From positions 168,920-232,919 of the forward strand of contig NIVC01001831.1 of assembly GCA_002269645.1 (NCBI GenBank): DNA of 64,000 bases. The letters are read 5' to 3'. The notes under the pieces were generated by a model. The model worked only from the letters and a program-made list of their open reading frames with translations. It ran no database searches and had not been told where the DNA came from. Position numbers and translations under genes: made by a program. This document shows, one piece after another, positions 41,005-52,128 of this stretch. Source of the stretch: Macrostomum lignano (lineage: Eukaryota). Each line of letters opens with the position of its first letter. Within the stretch, counting starts at the first letter, position 1.

Positions 41005-42347
41005 TGCTGCGCGTTCTGAGGAGCTGCGGACAGGAACCACGGCGACACAGACCCACAGTCAGAACTACATCTAAATGCAACCCCACTAAGGTGCACAGAC
41101 TCTCGAAAATAAGTTTGCTTAAAATCGCTGGAGATCTTCTCTCGAAAGGATTGCCCGAGGGAGATTCGGGAGCGCGAGACTTTTCCGCGGGGATTTTCTC
41201 CTGCACATTTTCCCCACGAGGCCCGCAGGGGATTTCCAGCTGAGGTGTCCTGCAGGTTTTTTTCCCATGCGAGCCTACCGCAGAACTACATGTACAGAGT
41301 TACATAGCAATAGCGGAACCTGCTCACTTGCCGGATGTATCCGATTTAAATTCACGCGCACCTGAGTTTGAGTCCTGCAAGTGTCAACCAGCGGTCCGGA
41401 CGGGAGCTGCTCTGCCGCAAAATTCCAGAGGTTGGGCGCGCCGGGTTTTGTGCAGAAATTTATGAATCGGGGGGGGGGGCTGCTGCTTGTCTCAGGCACA
41501 ATGCCAGACAGGGCCGTAAAAAATGAGAATCTGAGCCCGGGTTTTTTCAGAGTGCACTCACTCCGAGTCCGCCTTGTCTTGCACCTCTCATATTCATAGT
41601 TCCCCTGCTCTCATCGGCCTCATCATTCTGGCACTCCCTGCCTCCCTGCATTGTGCTGGCCAGTTTGCTGCGCGAGCGCCCCTCAATGCTGCTCAGCCCT
41701 GTCCACCGCGCTGTTTAAACAGCCCCAACAAGCACGCATTTTGGCTCCTAAGTGTAGCAAACTGGTTACTGCCGCCAAGTGTCTGGGACATGGAGCTCTT
41801 GACCTGAACTCTGGAAAGGTAAGAGCTGACCAGGCCATGGAGGTCTCGATCTTGGATCCAGAGAGAAACCGAAGCCAGGGAGGTTGGCTACGAGTCCCCG
41901 CAACCTAGAGCGAACCGCTGCTGTCAACAGTTTGCAAAACCATGGACTTTTAATTTCAAAACCGAGGAGACTTGCTTGGTCTGCAGCTCTTTCTTACCCC
42001 ATTTCAAGTTGCACTCGAGTGAGAGAGAAAGAAAGTTTAAACTTTGTGTCAGAAAAATTACAGCAGTTAAGCAGACTGTTGGCCTCACAAGTTTTTAGGT
42101 TTTTTATGACCCTTTAATGTTTGCCGCTGTCATTCCCATTTAGCTAGCTCGTATTTTATGGCATTGAAAATGCCACAGCAATGGTCTGTGTAAAATTGGT
42201 CCAGACTGAGATTAGTGTGCATTTCACAAGTTTGATAGTTTATAATCCTTCTTGAAAGCAGGTACAATATGGATTTTGAATTCTTGTAGAAGAACAAGTA
42301 AAGCGAAATTGTTTTAGAAGCGAAATTGTGGTAACCAAGTTGAGTAT

Positions 42348-42877
42348 GGCTGCTGAGGAGTGGGGTGGCTGCTGAGGAGTGGGGTGGCTGCTGAGGAGTG
42401 GGGTTGCTGCTGAGGAGTGCGGTGGCTGCTGAGGAGTGGGGTGGCTGCTGAGGAGTGGGGAGACTGCTGAGGAGTGCGGGAGACTGCTGAGGAGTGGGGA
42501 GGCTACTGAGGAGTGAGGTGGCTACTGAGGAGTGGGGAGGCTACTGAGGAGTGAGGTGGCTGCTGAGGAGTGGGGAGGCTACTGAGGAGTGGGGTGGCTA
42601 CTGAGGAGTGGGGAGGCTGCTGAGGAGTGGGGTGGCTGCTGAGGAGTGGGGAGGCTACTGAGGAGTGAGGTGGCTACTGAGGAGTGGGGAGGCTACTGAG
42701 GAGTGGGGAGGCTACTGAGGAGTGAGGTGGCTACTGAGGAGTGGGGAGGCTACTGAGGAGTGAGGTGGCTACTGAGGAGTGGGGAGGCTGCTGAGGAGTG
42801 AGGAGGCTGCTGAGGAGTGGGGAGACTGCTGAGGAGTGGGGAGGCTACTGAGGAGTGAGGTGGCTACTGAGGACTGA
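42348..42877 (+). repeat. 19-bp G-rich minisatellite TGGGG(T/A)GGCT(G/A)CTGAGGAG
   Basis: Tandem array. Confidence 0.94.
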
Positions 42878-43334
42878 GGCTCGAAGAATTGCAGAGTAAA
42901 AAAACAAGTGCTACATTTACATTACAAACAGATCAGAAACCGCGTTAAAAAATGATTCAATAATTCCAACATTCCAATACTACAATGCACTACAGACTAC
43001 AATAATTCCAATTTCAACAATATCCATTATTGTAATCGTATTCTCACTACCATACCATGGTGATTGTATTGAAGTATTGAATAGTCCCTGGTTTACATAC
43101 AAATTCTCTGGTATAAATCATGCATGTTGAACTGCATGCGCGTGTGCTCGGCGTACACACGTACGAGTTCGTACGCTCGTAGAACGCGGAGCTGAGGAAA
43201 CTGTCTATGGTCAGAACCCCGTCACAGATCTGCCATCTCTTTAGATTTCACCGCCAACGTCACAACAACAGCAGCAGAAAAGTCTCAACCTCATCGATTG
43301 CATCAAGCCGCACAGGACGGGTTCTGGTTAAAGA

Positions 43335-43679
43335 ATGCACGACTTTCTCCTGATGGCAGCGTTCGTGTCAGCCACTGCAATGGCAGTCGTAGCCCTGGGG
43401 ACGACCGCCGCGGCATTAGCCGTGCTCATTCTGGGCCGCGACCCCGGCAGGCTCAAGAAGGCCGTCCTGCAGCCCAAGCAGGCCGCCGTCTGCGGCAGCC
43501 CGGCGGCCGCGGAGCTCGGCAGCGTCACCCGCGAGTCGTCTTCGATCGTGCCGATGGAGCGGCTGGACCAGCCGGAGAGTTTTGTGAGCCTCCAGCTTCA
43601 TCAGCTGAGCTGCTCAGCCTCCGGGGACTGCAGCAGCTGTGCAGATGAGCAGCAGGTGAAGGACTTGGCCAGCCATTAA
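43335..43679 (+). CDS. Possible small single-pass membrane protein (114 aa)
   Basis: ATG-initiated ORF with host-like GC3-rich codons, hydrophobic N-terminal stretch followed by basic residues; no recognised family. Confidence 0.4.
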   Translation: MHDFLLMAAFVSATAMAVVALGTTAAALAVLILGRDPGRLKKAVLQPKQAAVCGSPAAAELGSVTRESSSIVPMERLDQPESFVSLQLHQLSCSASGDCSSCADEQQVKDLASH

Positions 43680-44559
43680 TTCAATAATAGCTCGGCAATT
43701 CTCCAGCGCTAATTTATGACGAGTTGCGGCGAAAGTTTTCAGCCGATGAAATTCGATTTTCATTCGTTCCTCCGCGTCTGCGGAGCTCAGAGTTGTCAAA
43801 TTTTCTTTCTGCAGAGCAGGAGAGTTCGACACGTTTTCATTTCAGCCAGACAGTCAGCAGCAGTTCTTTGTCGACCAGCGGAGCTCTCATTCTTTTGTTT
43901 TTTTTAAGATAACTTGCTTTTTCTCTCAGCTTTTAGAAGCACAGCTTTGTACAAATGCGGCTCTGCAAGTGCAGCATAGGTTAATAAGAAATACATGAGA
44001 ACTCCAGAACTCCGCCAGTCTGGGACCGGGTCGGAGATTTCGGCTTCCATTTTTGTCAGGCAGCTGCCCTAGAGCGACAATGTACTTTTGTCAAGATCTG
44101 CACTTTTGTGGCGTTCTTCGTTTCTCATAGTATAGAACACGCGGAGCAGCTTAAACGTACATTTAGCAATAAACGTCAGGTGCTCAGGTCAAAACAGCAA
44201 TTGCTATTAAGTTTTCCAATTGCGATGCAAGTACTGACGCGCAAGTTTATTTCAAACTGATCGTTAAACAGCTAATAGGATTGCTGGGCATTTTAAATCA
44301 TTCCAACAATAAAGAGTTATACATTGCAAAAATTTAATTATGAACTAGCTAGTCATCAGTCGTTAGAAAAAATTGCTAAATACTATAAGAATCTGTAATA
44401 AAAGATTAACGCGACCGTAAATAACCGACCAGCAATGATCACTCATGGATAGAGCTATCGGGTTGTTTTTCTATTAAAAATTGAAAATTCGATGAACTTC
44501 TCATTTTTATATATATGATTTTTCTGTGCGATTCTAAGGATATCATTAATGCTACATTA

Positions 44560-45540
44560 ACTGCTCAACTCAACTCTGTTCAGCTCAGCTCAACTCAGCT
44601 CAGCTCAACTCAGCTCAGCTCAACTCAACTCAACTCAACTCAACTCAACTCAGGTCAACTCAGCTCAACTCAACTCAACTCAACTCAACTCAACTCAACT
44701 CAGGTCAACTCAGGTCAACTCAGCTCAGCTCAACTCAACTCAACTCAGGTCAACTCAGCTCAGCTCAACTCAACTCAGGTCAACTCAACTCAACTCAGGT
44801 CAACTCAGGTCAACTTAGGTCAACTCAGGTCAACTCAGGTCAACTCAACTCAGCTCAGCTCAACTCAGGTCAACTCAGGTCAACTCAGGTCAACTCAACT
44901 CAGCTCAGCTCAACTCAGCTCAGCTCAACTCAGATCAGCTCAACTCAGCTCAGCTCAACTCAGCTCAGCTCAGCTCAACTCAGGTCAACTCAACTCAACT
45001 CAACTCAGCTCAGCACAGCTCAACTCAGCTCAGCTCAACTCAGCTCAGCTCAGCTCAACTCAGGTCAACTCAGCTCAACTCAGCTCAGCTCAACTCAACT
45101 CAGGTCAACTCAACTCAACTCAGGTCAACTCAGGTCAACTTAGGTCAACTCAGGTCAACTCAGGTCAACTCAACTCAGCTCAGCTCAGCTCAACTCAGCT
45201 CAGCTCAACTCAGCTCAGCTCAACTCAGGTCAACTCAACTCAACTCAGCTCAGCTCAGCTCAACTCAGCTCAGCTCAAGTCAGCTCAACTCAGCTCAGCT
45301 CAGGTCAACTCAGGTCAACTCAGCTCAGCTCAGCTCAACTCAGCTCAGCTCAACTCAGCTCAGCTCAGCTCAACTCAGGTCAACTCAGGTCAACTCAGCT
45401 CAGCTCAGCTCAACTCAGCTCAGCTCAACTCAGCTCAACTCAGCTCAGCTCAGCTCAGCTCAACTCAGGTCAACTCAGGTCAACTCAGGTCAACACAGCT
45501 CAACTCAGGTCAACTCAGGTCAACTCAACTCAGTTCAGCT
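44560..45540 (+). repeat. Pentamer array (CTCAA/CTCAG/GTCAA)n
   Basis: Directly visible. Confidence 0.96.
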
Positions 45541-48051
45541 GCCCGGCCAGCCCAGTCGGCCACCCGGCTAAAGCCGTCCGCCCTCGCGCACTTCGCCCCG
45601 GCCACCGCGGCCGCCAGCCTCAACGCCTCGGCCAGTGACCGGCCAGCGCGCAGGCCGTGCAGGCAGGCAGCTACGAAGCTGTCGCCGGCGCCCAGAGTGT
45701 CCACGACTGGACCGTCGGGCGCCGCGGCCGGCACAGATATGATGTCGCTGCCGTGGCCGCCTCCGCTTCTGACAGCCCCGGCGCAGCCCAGCTCGCCCCA
45801 GGCGCAGATGACGGTGGCGCTGAATGAAGCGGAAATTCCCGGGGGGGGGGGGGTAATTCCGCTTTAGTTTGGGAATATTCTGGGCAATGAGGTTCAATCG
45901 AGCCCTATTCCTAGAAATTCGATCTATAATCGTTTCCTAGAAACTGTCGCTATCATAAAACACGGCTTCCTAGAAAATGGGACTGCATCGAATTTTGTTT
46001 TCCTAGAAAATAAGATAAATTTATCGGGTTATTTTCCTAGAAACTGGAATTTGATCTATTTAATTAAAATGCTAAAGTTCAAGCAACAATTCCATTTCTT
46101 AGAAAATTGGTTCAATCGAATTTACTTTTAATAAATTTCTATTTAAATCAAATCTTTTTTCCATAAAAATGCAGAGAACTGGGAAATTGAAATCTTGCAC
46201 TTCCCAAGGCTACATGTAAATTCCTGCTCACCCAACATCTACTCGCTCCAGAAACAATCGAACCGCGGCCACCTTGTCAGCTGCTCCGTGAAAGCTGGCG
46301 AACTCTTTGGACAGGAAGATGACATCGCAATTCCCGAGCAGAGAGGCTTCGGAGGATGGGAAAAATTCGTTTTTAGATGGAGGAAATGCAAATGAGCATC
46401 ACCTTGAGAGGGAATCCGTGCATGTCGTCAGGGTTAACTTCACTATCATAAAGCTGACACCTGTGTCCCCAAGTGGACACCCTATACTGAAGTGGACACC
46501 CGGTTTTGAAGTGGACACCCTATCCTGAAGTGGACACCCTATCATCAAGTGGAAACCCTATCCTGAAATGGACACCCTATCTTTAAGTGGACACCCTGTC
46601 CTCAAGTGGACACCCTATCCTCAAGTGGACACCCGATCCTGAAGTGGACACCCGATCCTCAAGTGGACACCCGATCCTGAAGTGGACACCCGATCCTGAA
46701 GTGGACACCCTATCCTGAAGTGGACACCCGATCCTGAAGTGGACACCCGATCCTGAAGTGGACACCCGGTTTTGAAGTGGACACCCTATCCTGAAGTGGA
46801 CACCCAATCCTGAAGTGGACACCCGATCCTGAAGTGGACACCCGGTTTTGAAGTGGACACCCTATCCTGAAGTGGACACCCAATCCTGAAGTGGACACCC
46901 GATCCTGAAGTGGACACCCGATACTGAAGTGGACACCCTGTCCTCAAGTGGACACCCGATCCTCAAGTGGACACCCTGTCCTCAAGTGGACACCCGATCC
47001 TCAAGTGGACACCCTGTCCTCAAGTGGACACCCTGTCCTCAAGTAGACACCCGATCCTGAAGTGGACACCCGATCCTGAAGTGGACACCCGATACTGAAG
47101 TGGACACCCTATCCTCAAGTGGACACCCTATCATCAAGTGGACACCCTATCCTCAAGTAGACACCCGATCCTGAAGTGGACACCCGATCCTCAAGTGGAC
47201 ACCCTATCTTCAAGTGGACACCCTATCATCAAGTGGACACCCTATCCTCAAGTGGACACCCTGTCCTCAAGTGGAAACCCTGTCCTCAAGTAGACACCCG
47301 ATCCTGAAGTGGACACCCGATCCTGAAGTGGACACCCGATACTGAAGTGGACACCCTATCCTCAAGTGGACACCCTGTCCTCAAGTGGACACCCTGTCCT
47401 CAAGTAGACACCCGATCCTGAAGTGGACACCCGATCCTGAAGTGGACACCCGATACTGAAGTGGACACCCTATCCTCAAGTGGACACCATATCATCAAGT
47501 GGACACCCTATCCTCAAGTAGACACCCGATCCTGAAGTGGACACCCGATCCTCAAGTGGACACCCTATCTTCAAGTGGACACCCCATCATCAAGTGGACA
47601 CCCTATCCTCAAGTGGACACCCTGTCCTCAAGTGGACACCCGATACTGAAGTGGACACCCGATCCTGAAGTGGACACCCGATACTGAAGTGGACACCCTA
47701 TCTTCAAGTGGACACCCGGTCTTGAAGTGGGTGCGACTTTACAAAGCTGAGCAGACAGACTCACTCAGTTCGGGGCGGCACTTCTCCAGCTCAACGGAGG
47801 TTCGAATCCGCATAGCAACGGAAGCGCTGCTCATGGAGGCTGCGCGCTGGTTCATCGCTCGGATGTGGCTCAGCATGGCGGCAATTTCAGAAACGTTTCG
47901 ACGACCCTGCATGGAATTTTAGCGTGTGCGAGCGTGTCCGGCCTGCGAGTTCAAAGTTCAGTCCGATCTCACCTCGAAGTGAATCCAGCCGACATCCGCA
48001 GCCGCAAAGTCCCGGTCTCGAAGCTGGTCGAAGGAGAACTCGGGAAAATCT
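45525..48051 (-). CDS. KHK: Ketohexokinase (pfkB family), 3' four exons 48051-47973, 47906-47765, 46346-46232, 45819-45525; 5' exons not in window
   Basis: VGWIHFE|GRRN..TSVELEKCRPEL|..CDVIFLSKEFA..|ATVICAWGELG..VVDTLGAGDSF..AGAKC..GF matches KHK (WIHIEGRN, SVEVEKPR, DVVFVSK, VCAWAEEG, VVDTLGAGDTF, AGKKC); in-frame GT-AG joins. Confidence 0.9.
46475..47728 (+). repeat. 19-bp minisatellite AGTGGACACCC(G/T)ATCCT(G/C)A in a KHK intron
   Basis: Tandem array. Confidence 0.95.
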
Positions 48052-48106
48052 CTATGAAGCGAGTAGAAGGCATGAGGGGGCTTCTGGGACAAAATTTTTC
48101 ACCTCC

Positions 48107-48758
48107 TCCATAATCCCATTAAATCCATCCATATTATCCCTGACAGAATCAGAAAAAAAGGGGGGTCGCACCTGCTCCAAAAACTTCGTCCATAATCCCA
48201 TTAAATCCATCCATATTATCCCTGACAGAATCAGAAAAAAAGGGGGTCGCACTCGCTCACAAAACATCCTCCATAATCCCATTAAATCCATCCATATTAT
48301 CCCTGACAGAATCAGAGCATAACAGGTGTCCTACTGTTATGCTCTGAGGGTTTATGCTCTGAGCATAACAGCTCCAAATCCACCCATAACATTTCTAAAA
48401 CAATCAGAAAATAATCTGCATTCTTCTCCCCACATTCAATTCGCAACGTGCTACCAGATCCCTAAGACTTTAAATCATCAGCGCAGGGTCCTTACCCATT
48501 GAAAAAAATTAAATTCTCAATAAAAATGTTTCCAGTTGTCTCTCCAGGTTCCTATTATACTCAGCCTCATCCATTGTACAAATCCAAGTACCGATGCAAA
48601 CTAGAATGCAGCGAGTACATGAGAAAATATTGGCCCGATGTTGATATCAATGCCCCTAATATTAATCTAGCTCTCCAAAGACATTGGTTTCATAAGTATG
48701 GAGTAACCTACGTAAAAGATTACGATAGCTACTATAACTTTGCAGAAATCATTAGGCA
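48107..48758 (+). repeat. Left TIR (visible part), with ~3 tandem ~82-bp subrepeats and a 95-aa ORF
   Basis: Reverse complement of 63363-64000. Confidence 0.95.
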
Positions 48759-48786
48759 GTTGAAGCTTACTAAAAAAACAGACTAA
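48499..48786 (+). CDS. TIR-encoded hypothetical protein (95 aa from TTG; ATG at 48526); frameshifted copy in the right TIR
   Basis: Open frame; the second copy differs partly at synonymous positions. Confidence 0.5.
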   Translation: MKKIKFSIKMFPVVSPGSYYTQPHPLYKSKYRCKLECSEYMRKYWPDVDINAPNINLALQRHWFHKYGVTYVKDYDSYYNFAEIIRQLKLTKKTD

Positions 48787-49520
48787 GTTCATTTATTCAC
48801 AAGTATATTTACATAAAACAGGAGGAAATAAGGAGGAAAGAGCAGACACTGAGTGTGCAGGGCTATCCGGCCGAGAATTTCCTATTATTCGGATCCAGAA
48901 GAATATTGATTTTCCTCCCGCTCATTTCGTGTACAGCAAATCGTATATGGCAATAGCCCCATAATTCTGCCCGCTTGCCAGACTCTAGCAGCCCCGTCCG
49001 TTCCCGTCCATGGCTCCCGTCCCGTCCCTCTCTCCCTCTCTTGCTTGCCAGTGCCTCAATTGTAGCACAATAGAAGCTAGAACGCCCTTGCCTCTTGGAC
49101 TTGGAGTTGTAAACTATAGATTTTCCTCCCGCTCATTTCGTGTACAGCAAATCGTATAGGGCAGAGTTCTTCCAGGGTTAATATAGATTTATACTTACTG
49201 GGTATACGAGAGCGTATTGTGTCTTTAACCGGTTCCACCAGCTGCTGCCACATTCGCCGCCCCAGGGATAACAACGTTACCGTGTCAGTGTCGATCGCGC
49301 GGAAGCTACTGTATCTATTGTATAATACACTGAGAAAAAATTCCTAGAGCCATATCTTAAAGTAGAGCTTAGTATTGAGCAGAGCTCTACCTACTAAAGA
49401 ACTACTGATTCCCGATTCAGTATCCATATACGCGCTAAATATTTTTTTAATCTGCAAGGTAATAATTATTAATATATTTGCTTATACTAGTTCTGCTTTT
49501 TTTCATTTACTTCACCTACA

Positions 49521-50159
49521 ATGTGTTTTAGAATTTCAATGGACATAGCAATGCCTACATTTGAGGATGATTTGGTTGCTCTAGTAAGGAGGATGTGCGA
49601 GAGTGATGACATGAAGCAATCGAAGTATTGGATTGAGGAATTTAACAAAGTTGCGAGGCGATTCAATAAGTGTGTGATTAATCTACCATCTATCACTGGT
49701 AGGGTGGAAGGAATTGACGAACGAAAGAAGTTGGAGCACATCAATGAGGCTGCGAACTTACTCCGTGATTCACTTGCTCGTGTCATTCCACAACCGGCTG
49801 TGGAATTTGTCTCTGGGAGGCATGACATTGCAGATGTTGTGAATGAGCTCAACAAAATTGACAAAATGATAAATGAACTACAAAATCAAGGACTTCAATA
49901 CGGAATAAAGGCTGGAAAAATTCTGATCCGCATGAAGCTCGTACTGTCTGCTGAGGAATATAGAGCGTTTGCCATGAAGCTTCGATTTAAGCCGGTTTGG
50001 GGGAATTTCTTAATTCGGGTGGCAAGACTCAGCAACACTCGCCCTATTCTAAATCGTTGTGGCATCTCGCTGTATCGACTGCGCTCAATAATTAAGTATG
50101 CCGATGAGGCATTGAAGATGCTAGAAGAAGAAGAAGAGGCCAGTGCACTCCTGGGTTAA
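49521..50159 (+). CDS. Polinton accessory helical protein with a DUF3102-like segment
   Basis: 212-aa ORF; YGIKAGKILIRMKLVLSAEEYRAFA..F..W.NFLIRVARL resembles the DUF3102 pattern (by eye). Confidence 0.6.
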   Translation: MCFRISMDIAMPTFEDDLVALVRRMCESDDMKQSKYWIEEFNKVARRFNKCVINLPSITGRVEGIDERKKLEHINEAANLLRDSLARVIPQPAVEFVSGRHDIADVVNELNKIDKMINELQNQGLQYGIKAGKILIRMKLVLSAEEYRAFAMKLRFKPVWGNFLIRVARLSNTRPILNRCGISLYRLRSIIKYADEALKMLEEEEEASALLG

Positions 50160-50219
50160 CTAATCTGCTGTGACTAATGACTCTTGCTGCTATGACTCTT
50201 GCTTTTTCACATAAAAAAC

Positions 50220-50435
50220 TTTTCACACTGAATACTGCAGTATCTGCTGCTTTTCACATTGAATACTTTTCACATTGAATACTGCAGTATCTGCTGCTTT
50301 TCACATTGAATACTTTTCACATTGAATACTGCAGTATCTGCTGCTTTTCACATTGAATACTTTTCACACTGAATACTGCAGTATCTGCTGCTTTTCACAT
50401 TGAATACTTTTCACATTGAATACTGCAGTATCTGC
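50220..50435. repeat. 47-bp composite tandem array with five copies of the palindrome ATACTGCAGTAT
   Basis: TTTTCACATTGAATAC x9 alternating with TGCAGTATCTGCTGC. Confidence 0.93.
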
Positions 50436-50580
50436 GGCACATTGAGTATAGGATAATGGTTGACAAGAAACAGCTGCCATATCCGTTCCGCTCAACACCC
50501 AACCACCACGCGGCAAAATGTCATAAGGAAAATATAGCCGCCTTTACAAGCTTTCTTTTCAACCGCTAGAGCCACTTGAA

Positions 50581-51045
50581 TCATTCTGCTCTCTCAACCC
50601 CCAGCTCTTTCAGCAGTCTTCCAAGTTCTTTACGTGGCGCGTGCAATATAAAGCCCACCTCTCTTCCCAAACACCCACCCTCGGCGTTAATTCCCAACCC
50701 CAATTTTGTCTTACCAAAAATAACAGCTTTAACTAGCTTCCGAGCGATCGATTCCTTCCACCCGCTTGAAGCCCCTATATTGTCTAGTCTCTTAAGCATT
50801 TCTTTGTCCCAGCGATTCTTCTCCTCAGGAAAATCTCTATATTTAACATCGTGCCACATGCAGACAGAGTCTAGCTCGTTCACAGGCTCATGCCCAGGAT
50901 GTGGATTATTGTTTTTATCTAACTGTATTTCAAGTGGATTCAAAGGCCCGCAATATTTATAGCCGGGAAGTGTCCAGCCTTTGTTTGGATGAGGAAGCTT
51001 TTCTATCAGTCCATGTGAATCTATTTTACCACCAGAGCGCTGCAT
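50581..51045 (-). CDS. Parvovirus-type phospholipase A2 domain protein (PLA2X-like)
   Basis: Ca-binding loop LPGYKYCGPLN and catalytic EPVNELDSVCMWHDVKY; C-terminal KTKLGLG; likely start ATG 51045. Confidence 0.88.
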   Translation of the reverse strand: MQRSGGKIDSHGLIEKLPHPNKGWTLPGYKYCGPLNPLEIQLDKNNNPHPGHEPVNELDSVCMWHDVKYRDFPEEKNRWDKEMLKRLDNIGASSGWKESIARKLVKAVIFGKTKLGLGINAEGGCLGREVGFILHAPRKELGRLLKELGVERAE

Positions 51046-51075
51046 TATTTTATTTAAAATTTTCTTTTTAAATAA

Positions 51076-52083
51076 ATGACAGATCAGAAACTTAAAAAAC
51101 TCTACTACAGCGACAAAGGATTCTTTGTAGGCAAAAATGCCGTTAGTAAACTCATGGAGCTGAGTAAGGAACCAAAAGCTACAGTAGAAAAATGGCTCTC
51201 TAAGCAGGCTGTCTTTCAAATCTATTTCCCACCAGTAAAATTTGAAAGGCCCCATTTCAGTATTTATAAACCTAATGAGGCGCACCAAGCAGATCTTCTG
51301 TTTCTCCCCAATGACTCGGGCTACAAGTATGCTCTTACAATTACAGACGTTGCTTCCAGATATAAGGAAGCTCGCCCACTCAAGACGAAGAAGTCAGAAG
51401 CAGTTGCAGCCGCCCTCCAAGATATTTATAAAAACTCACCCCTTAGTTACCCTGAAATCTTTATGACAGACCCTGGTAAAGAATTCATGGGTGCAGTGAA
51501 ATCACTTATGGAAAAGAAAAATACAGAGATTCGCTATGGCAGAACTGAGCTCCACAGAGATCAGGCTTTTGTGGAAAGATTCAATCTAACTCTAGCCAAG
51601 AGGCTATTCACTAAGCAGACAGCTGAAGAGCTGAAACTAAAAAGTGGCCAATACTACACCAAGTGGACAGACCGGCTCCCCACTGTTATAGAACAACTGA
51701 ACAATGAAGTCACACGCATGACTGGATTGAAACCGTCCCATGCAATTAAACAAGACACTGTCGAACTTAAGTCATCTCATAAAACAGACAACAACACGAC
51801 AACCCCACACAACACACACAACACAAAGCACACCTCGAACTACCCTAAGCTTCCAGGAGTTGAATCACCATACATACTGACAAACTCTGAGTTTCTACGC
51901 TTTTTATATCTACCTGGAGAGCTAGAGAAAGACACCAAAAGAAGAGCTACAGATCCATACTTCAGCCTTGATGTACATAAAATAGACAGACATTTTACCT
52001 CCGACTCCGGTGACTATTACTTTTTATCTCAGGCCTTTAACCCTAAATCCCCACACGGTCATTCACTAGAGCTGAACTCCTAG
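51076..52083 (+). CDS. Retroviral-like (rve) DDE integrase of Polinton
   Basis: HQADLLFL..YALTITDVASRY..PLK.K, IFMTDPGKEF, AFVERFNLTL. Confidence 0.95.
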   Translation: MTDQKLKKLYYSDKGFFVGKNAVSKLMELSKEPKATVEKWLSKQAVFQIYFPPVKFERPHFSIYKPNEAHQADLLFLPNDSGYKYALTITDVASRYKEARPLKTKKSEAVAAALQDIYKNSPLSYPEIFMTDPGKEFMGAVKSLMEKKNTEIRYGRTELHRDQAFVERFNLTLAKRLFTKQTAEELKLKSGQYYTKWTDRLPTVIEQLNNEVTRMTGLKPSHAIKQDTVELKSSHKTDNNTTTPHNTHNTKHTSNYPKLPGVESPYILTNSEFLRFLYLPGELEKDTKRRATDPYFSLDVHKIDRHFTSDSGDYYFLSQAFNPKSPHGHSLELNS

Positions 52084-52128
52084 TGATACCAGCTGACACA
52101 GAAATTAATTAAAATATTAAAATAAAAA

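Noticed and set aside
41600-41820. Possible exon ending at donor GTAAGA (41820) with Cys-rich or signal-like frames
   Set aside because: Reading frame ambiguous and no partner exons identified
50440-50580. VA-RNA-like Pol III gene in the Polinton intergenic region
   Set aside because: No convincing A-box/B-box or terminal stem
51046-51288. N-terminal 80-aa extension of the PLA2 ORF in the ORF track
   Set aside because: It is antisense to the integrase start; ATG 51045 has the element's typical A-rich context and is the more plausible start
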